The position numbers and the translations under genes are program-made. Shown piece by piece: positions 10,314 through 15,909 of a DNA stretch of 15,909 nt. The stretch spans positions 1-15,909 of the forward strand of contig NW_002061041.1 in the NCBI RefSeq assembly GCF_000150275.1. The letters are read 5' to 3'. The notes under the pieces are model-generated. The model was not told the DNA's origin. It ran no database searches and was given only the letters and a program-made list of their open reading frames with translations. The stretch's first letter is position 1, and each line of letters begins with the position of its first letter. Source of the DNA: Trichoplax adhaerens (Eukaryota > Animalia > Placozoa).

Positions 10314-12703
10314 AACTTCAATTTTATTGAATTTTATCGTCATTCTTGATGAGACTGCGCTAATTACTATAAATTAAAATTACTCTTATAATTTTCAGGC
10401 TAATAAAATACCGTATCTTCTACCTAATTGCCATATTTAGATAGAGATAGATCTTGACATATCTAAACTTATGGACTTAAGCATCCTATAAGCTGAATTG
10501 ACCGTGGTCTGATACACCAATATAATCTGTTATCTTTAATCAAATCTCTGGATGGCTAAGTAAACCTGCACGTCAAAACCAGAAGGCTAGTACTGTTGTA
10601 TCGCAATTTAGTATGTAAGATCAGTCGAAGTAATCTTAAATCACGAGGTATAGCGTTATTACTGTATTATTTAAGTAACTAGGTAAAAATAATGATTAAT
10701 GACTATTTATTCTTAGAATATACGTGCTCGCAAAGTCGTTACAGTAGGATTAATACCGATCTGATTCGATTAAATTTCAATTGCTATCTTGTCATTTGTC
10801 GCAATTTAACCGAGTTAAATTTGGTATCAATTATTATAAAATTTATTTTAAACTAAAAGTTCAAGCTGTATAAGTGCATTCTCAAGAGATCCAGGTTTAA
10901 GCTAATCAGATTAAAAGTGGGGTAGAAGAAATTTTCTAATCTAGACTATTACCCTGTAATTTGTACATTTTCTCGTATTATGAATTAATCATACCTGCTA
11001 GTAGTTATGAAAAATTAATGAGCTGCAGTATCTATTATTTACTTGTTTTACTTGTCAGAAGCTTTTTCTATAACAAAGAAATTCTGTTCGAAACTATTAT
11101 ATATTTTAAGAACTTATATAGTAATTAATTTCTTTACTAGAATAAATGAGACTGCTCCTAGAAAATAAGTTTTGTAATTTAGCTGGTACATAGTTAAATA
11201 GGATTTTCTGGCGCTAAAGTTTTGAAGCCACGTAAACCATTAATTACAGTTTAGATTGTCAGCTAGAATTTTAATGTAACACTTCGAGGCTTTAATAAAA
11301 TGAATGCAATCAAGCTTTAAGTTCGTTCAGATTTCAACTGCTAGAATACGCGTAGAAATTGCTAAAATAAAGTATCTGTATATAGGCTTGTAATGCCGTT
11401 TAAATTTTAAGATTCCTTTTGTATTAACTAGCTAAGTAATAATCTAGTTATGAGTTCTAAGTACTATAATTCTAACTAATTGATCAAATACGAGTGAAGT
11501 GAAGTAGGACAGATCGTGCTAGGACGTATATCGCAAGCAAGAATTATTTAACGAGAACTGTTAAACTTGAATCCGTTAGGTCACTTATATTAAAATTCGA
11601 TGTTATAGCCATTCATCATTATTGTTGGCATACTAATGGCTAGTTGATGCCATCTAGTAGTTCAAGACTGAAAGTGATGATTCCAATTTGCTCAAAAGCA
11701 TTGTTAAATTTTTGTATTTTAATAATAATAGTGTGATATCATTCATATAATAGTTATGCCCTTAGATGTTTTACATTTGTATCAATAAAAAGACGAATTC
11801 ATGTCGTATAAGTAGCAACAACTATAATATAATGTTGACGTGCTTATTATTTTGCTAGATTAATAGGTGAACTATGTTCATGAGTATAACTTAAATAATT
11901 ACAGAAATTATTCTTTAATTGAACCTCAAAAGAATGAATTTGAACATCTTTTATTGCTTTAGAGAATACTATATAAGCTCTGACGATATTTACGGTATTT
12001 AACGTATACTTCAGGCATTTTTACAGGTAAAGATTAATAAGAAATTTCATACCCAATTACTTTATATAAAATATCGTAGTAATATCGCATCGTTTAGTCC
12101 CCCAGAAATTTTATGATTAGTATACGCTACTAAACCCATTCTCACTATCTATTAGATACCTCTACATTTTTTTTAACAAATTCTCAAACTCATCTCTTTC
12201 ACTCTGGTTATAACAGTAATCTTAATATGCTAATCCAATACTCTAAATATACAATTCATAATTACAGTAAAAATGAAACGACGCTATTAATATATTATTC
12301 TCTTATCTAGATAATAACTAGCACTATCGTAAAAGATATTTCTTATCCGATCAAGAATGCAGTATTATAGGTAATTTTTATGCGTGTATCTCTACTGAGG
12401 TGTAATAACTGCAATAAACCTTTATGTAATTAAAAATAACGCCATCAATACCTGTCTTCCGGCCTATTGGAAATTCTTAAAGATCAGTCCATCCAATGCA
12501 AGTTGAATTATTTATAGGTTTTTTGTTAGACGACTAATTATAATTAATAGAAAAGTACTACATAGATAATTAATCAATAAAATGTCATTTTCGAGGAATA
12601 AATGCATCCAAAAGCTCACCCCTCGAGTCAAGTTCTGAACAAACAGTGGCTTACAGTAGCATCAATTTGATAATGATGTTTCCTTAGTATCTTTATGCAC
12701 ACC

Positions 12704-12711
12704 TATAAATA
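12704..12711 (+). promoter_or_regulatory. Candidate TATA box for the GPCR
   Basis: TATAAATA lies about 120 bp upstream of ATG 12829. Weak evidence in such AT-rich DNA. Confidence 0.2.
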
Positions 12712-12828
12712 TACTTGCATTACAAAATAGTGTCACTTTTGAAAATTTATGGAAGGAACTCTTTAAACCATCTATCACCACCTAGGAATTTAACCGATAC
12801 TTATACCAATACCACTCTCATAGATATT

Positions 12829-13815
12829 ATGGCTACTATAACAACACAAAATTCAACATGGACAAGCAACGCTAGCAAAGAACCCGGCTTCATAACTTGG
12901 GAAAGGCTAAGTCCAAACGATCCGAGATTTATTTTGGCTGTAATTTTTTGTTCATTTATCTGCTTTATAGCAATATTTGGCAACTTGCGTAACTTAATAA
13001 TGATATATAACTGCCGAAGATTACACGATATGAACAATTTATGTATCTGTAATTTAGCCGTAGTTGATTTTCTAACTGGCCTTATTGTTATACCTTTGGG
13101 AATATCTACGTTAGCAGCAGAGACATTAGGATACTTACTTTGCCAAATTCAAGGATTTTTTACGTTACTCTTGTATTTATCTTCGTTAGCAGCAACATCA
13201 ATAATAAGTGTAGATCGATGTAGTGCAGTTGTTAATCCTTTTGGCTACAAAAGTCATATAACTGTATCTAAATGTGCCTTTATTGCTACTTTTACTTGGT
13301 TCATACCGAGTATTATTTCTATATTACCGCTACTTGGCTTTGAGAGAATTGGCCTTGGTAAATTCTATGTCTTACTTCTTTGTGGTATCTCATTCGATCA
13401 CCCAATAGAAAATTTTATAGTTTCATGGATACTGACGATATTTTTGGTAGTCAACATAGTAACAATCTGTATGAGCTACTTAGTTATTTTTATTGTAGCA
13501 TATCGGAAAACTGTGCAAGATTTAACTCGAAACAGCAAATTATCTCGATCGATTCGAACCACTGGTTTAATTGTTGGAACTAACTTCCTTTTTTGGCTGC
13601 CATACATTGTTCTTAATGTACAGGATTTCGTCTATAATACCTCGGTCCCTCCAGTACCAACGACATTGAACTATTTTACGACCATTGCATGTCTCATGGC
13701 ACTGAGTAGTCCTGCTATTAATCCAATAATTTATGCAGCAACGAGTAAACACTTGCGAAAGCGATTTACTAGAGTCGGAATACCCTCTCAATCTACGTAT
13801 GCAAGTAGAGAATAA
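12829..13815 (+). CDS. Class A (rhodopsin-like) G-protein-coupled receptor, 328 aa, uninterrupted coding region; orphan
   Basis: The first in-frame ATG is at 12829 in good context (attATGG); the ORF-track start at 12715 is a TTG. There are seven hydrophobic segments with GN (TM1), NLAVVD (TM2), C3.25 and DRC (TM3, 13213-13221), W4.50, an ECL2 Cys, FWLPY (TM6), NPIIY (TM7, 13720-13734) and a basic helix 8. N-terminal N-glycosylation sequons NST and NAS are present. Confidence 0.96.
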   Translation: MATITTQNSTWTSNASKEPGFITWERLSPNDPRFILAVIFCSFICFIAIFGNLRNLIMIYNCRRLHDMNNLCICNLAVVDFLTGLIVIPLGISTLAAETLGYLLCQIQGFFTLLLYLSSLAATSIISVDRCSAVVNPFGYKSHITVSKCAFIATFTWFIPSIISILPLLGFERIGLGKFYVLLLCGISFDHPIENFIVSWILTIFLVVNIVTICMSYLVIFIVAYRKTVQDLTRNSKLSRSIRTTGLIVGTNFLFWLPYIVLNVQDFVYNTSVPPVPTTLNYFTTIACLMALSSPAINPIIYAATSKHLRKRFTRVGIPSQSTYASRE

Positions 13816-13816
13816 A
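13811..13816 (+). terminator. Candidate polyadenylation signal overlapping the stop codon
   Basis: GAA TAA A gives an AATAAA that contains the GPCR stop (13813-13815), followed by T-rich sequence at about 13821-13845. Confidence 0.25.
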
Positions 13817-13992
13817 GTAATGTACTTTTTACTTTTGCTATTATTAGTAAACCACACATGTAGTTGCATTCTAGAAATACACTTTTAGTCTACCTTCACA
13901 CAGTTAACCTTCACAGTTTAAGCTGCTTTTGCCTTTCGAGTAATTTATATACTGGTAATTATTTCTCTATTCGTCTACATTCAAATTAACAA

Positions 13993-15801
13993 TCGACTCT
14001 AGCTAATACTTTATTATAATAGTATGAAAAGTGGTTAATAACAAGCTTCAAATAAAACACCAGTCACTACAATTTACGTAAGCGAAAATTAATCCATACG
14101 CTAGTACTTGGTCTACATTCTTGAATTCGTGATAGATTTGTGCCTTGACAATTACCTTAAACAGAACTAGTGAGCAGTATAAAAATTATAAAGCATTTAT
14201 TGCGATGTAAATGCGTACATTTTCATTTTGATAAAAATCATTGCCTTTTTATCACGTAAAATATAATTATGATAAAATAGAACTAAGTAAACACAAAATA
14301 TAGAACACAGATGTTGCAATTCNNNNNNNNNNNNNNNNNNNNNNNNNNNNNNNNNNNNNNNNNNNNNNNNNNNNNNNNNNNNNNNNNNNNNNNNNNNNNN
14401 NNNNNNNNNNNNNNNNNNNNNNNNNNNNNNNNNNNNNNNNNNNNNNNNNNNNNNNNNNNNNNNNNNNNNNNNNNNNNNNNNNNNNNNNNNNNNNNNNNNN
14501 NNNNNNNNNNNNNNNNNNNNNNNNNNNNNNNNNNNNNNNNNNNNNNNNNNNNNNNNNNNNNNNNNNNNNNNNNNNNNNNNNNNNNNNNNNNNNNNNNNNN
14601 NNNNNNNNNNNNNNNNNNNNNNNNTTTTTACAAAGTTTCGTCTTGTCATCCAAGACCGATCTCCATATAAAAGCAGAAATATATGTGTGAACTACAACTC
14701 TATACTATCGTAATTCATAGAAATCCCTAGAAATATATCATAGATAGCATGAACAAACATGCAAGCTATTCACTGCTAGCATGTTGTTTGCCCAAATACA
14801 AAACGAGCAAACTTGTAATTAAAACAGCCAAATTAAAGTAACTGTTACATGCATGATTGGAGCCTTAAGCTACGTAACAATCATATAAATGGATGAACGA
14901 GACGACACAACGAATAAAAGATGACTATAAAACTAAAATTTATCGTCAATTCTATAGGCTATTACAGCAGTATAGTAATTATAAAAGAAAAAATGTGAGC
15001 CGATAATATATATATATACAACAATCAATTTGAAAATAATTCTAGATCTAACGCAAGCCGCAGCTCATACTCTGTTTATTTCAAGATAAAGTCACCTCAA
15101 TGAGATAAAAATGCTAAAATATGCAATATTTCAGTACGAATAAGAATCAATAACAAAACGATTCAATTTCAGAACATCATCTGATATTCTTTTGTGAAAT
15201 GAGTAAATAAAATTTTGGAAGAAAGAACTCATATCAGCTTGATTAATGGACGAGAATAAAAATGTCATGGACTGATGCATTCGAGAGAAAAATCTTCTTA
15301 TAAAATATCGACGTGCGTAAGTTTGTATTAATATAAACCATCATACGTTTTGGTCAAGGTCTCATCGAACAATTATTACAGTGTTGCAGTATTTTAAAAA
15401 TATGGGTATATGTTGTATGTTGACCTTGCAGTAATTATAGGTTGAAGATAACTGGACAAAAGCGAATAGTGCATACTGTATATTGTTTTGAAAGACGAGT
15501 AAAATATCTCACTCGCGAGTTTGCACATATGTACTTTTTGGACTGCTATTAAATATATCACTACTTTATAACTATTTTACTATTGCGGCCATTGTTAAGA
15601 TCATTTTCTATATCGGAACGATTTTTATTTTTTTTGTACTTTTTCCACTATAAAATTATTGGAGTAAATCAAGATCTCCTCTGCCTGACATTACTATATC
15701 GTAATCTCGAAAGTTTTTATTAATAAAATTTTGAATCGACATTTTATCAACGTAGCTGATGGGATAAGTGATCACACACAGCATTATCTACGTGCAACTG
15801 A
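13993..15801 (+). repeat. Long direct repeat, copy B (probably continues to 15909 and beyond)
   Basis: Colinear with 1-1855 and interrupted by the N-gap 14323-14624, which corresponds to 335-657 of copy A. It begins 178 bp after the GPCR stop. Confidence 0.97.
14323..14624. other. Assembly gap (302 N)
   Basis: Run of N. The paralogous sequence in copy A is 323 bp. Confidence 0.99.
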
Positions 15802-15909
15802 AAGATTAGCTTGATTCCTGACATATTAACCGAATTGGTAAAATATAAATATCGGACGTTAATGAGCAATTTTATCGCGGTCATATTTTTTGAATAATAA
15901 ACCAGGTGC

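Noticed and set aside
12801-13869. Overlapping ORFs 12801-13037(-), 13380-13583(+), 13567-13869(-)
   Set aside because: Shadow frames of the GPCR CDS with no independent motifs.
14197-14670. Three ORFs of 119-150 aa
   Set aside because: They span an N-gap and are mostly X; no recognisable coding signal in the flanks.
1-15909. The whole window as a full-length LTR retrotransposon or provirus
   Set aside because: The visible repeat ends are set by the window edge and a gap, not by TG..CA termini. No PBS, PPT, gag, protease or integrase is seen inside.

Overview
AT-rich eukaryotic (animal-type) genomic DNA from a draft assembly with three N-gaps. The only intact gene is a class A (rhodopsin-family) GPCR with an uninterrupted coding region at 12829-13815 (+). 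It has opsin-like TM3, TM4 and TM7 wording but lacks both the retinal-binding Lys7.43 and the aminergic Asp3.32. The window is bracketed by a long direct repeat (1-1855 = 13993-15801, offset about 14 kb), most simply a tandem segmental duplication that starts at or before the GPCR 3' flank. In the middle are two ~555-bp, ~97.5% identical elements in inverted, convergent orientation (5939-6494 +, 8451-9002 -). Both have TG...CA ends, TATAAAA and AATAAA, and the second has a perfect 5-bp target-site duplication (TAGCG), so they read as solo LTRs rather than the TIRs of one transposon. A heavily decayed Penelope-like reverse transcriptase remnant may lie at about 2900-3560. There are also a 10-bp minisatellite and a ~117-bp tandem duplication. 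The low GC and this type of GPCR are compatible with an early-branching animal such as a placozoan, but that is inference only. All identity counts are by-eye alignments.
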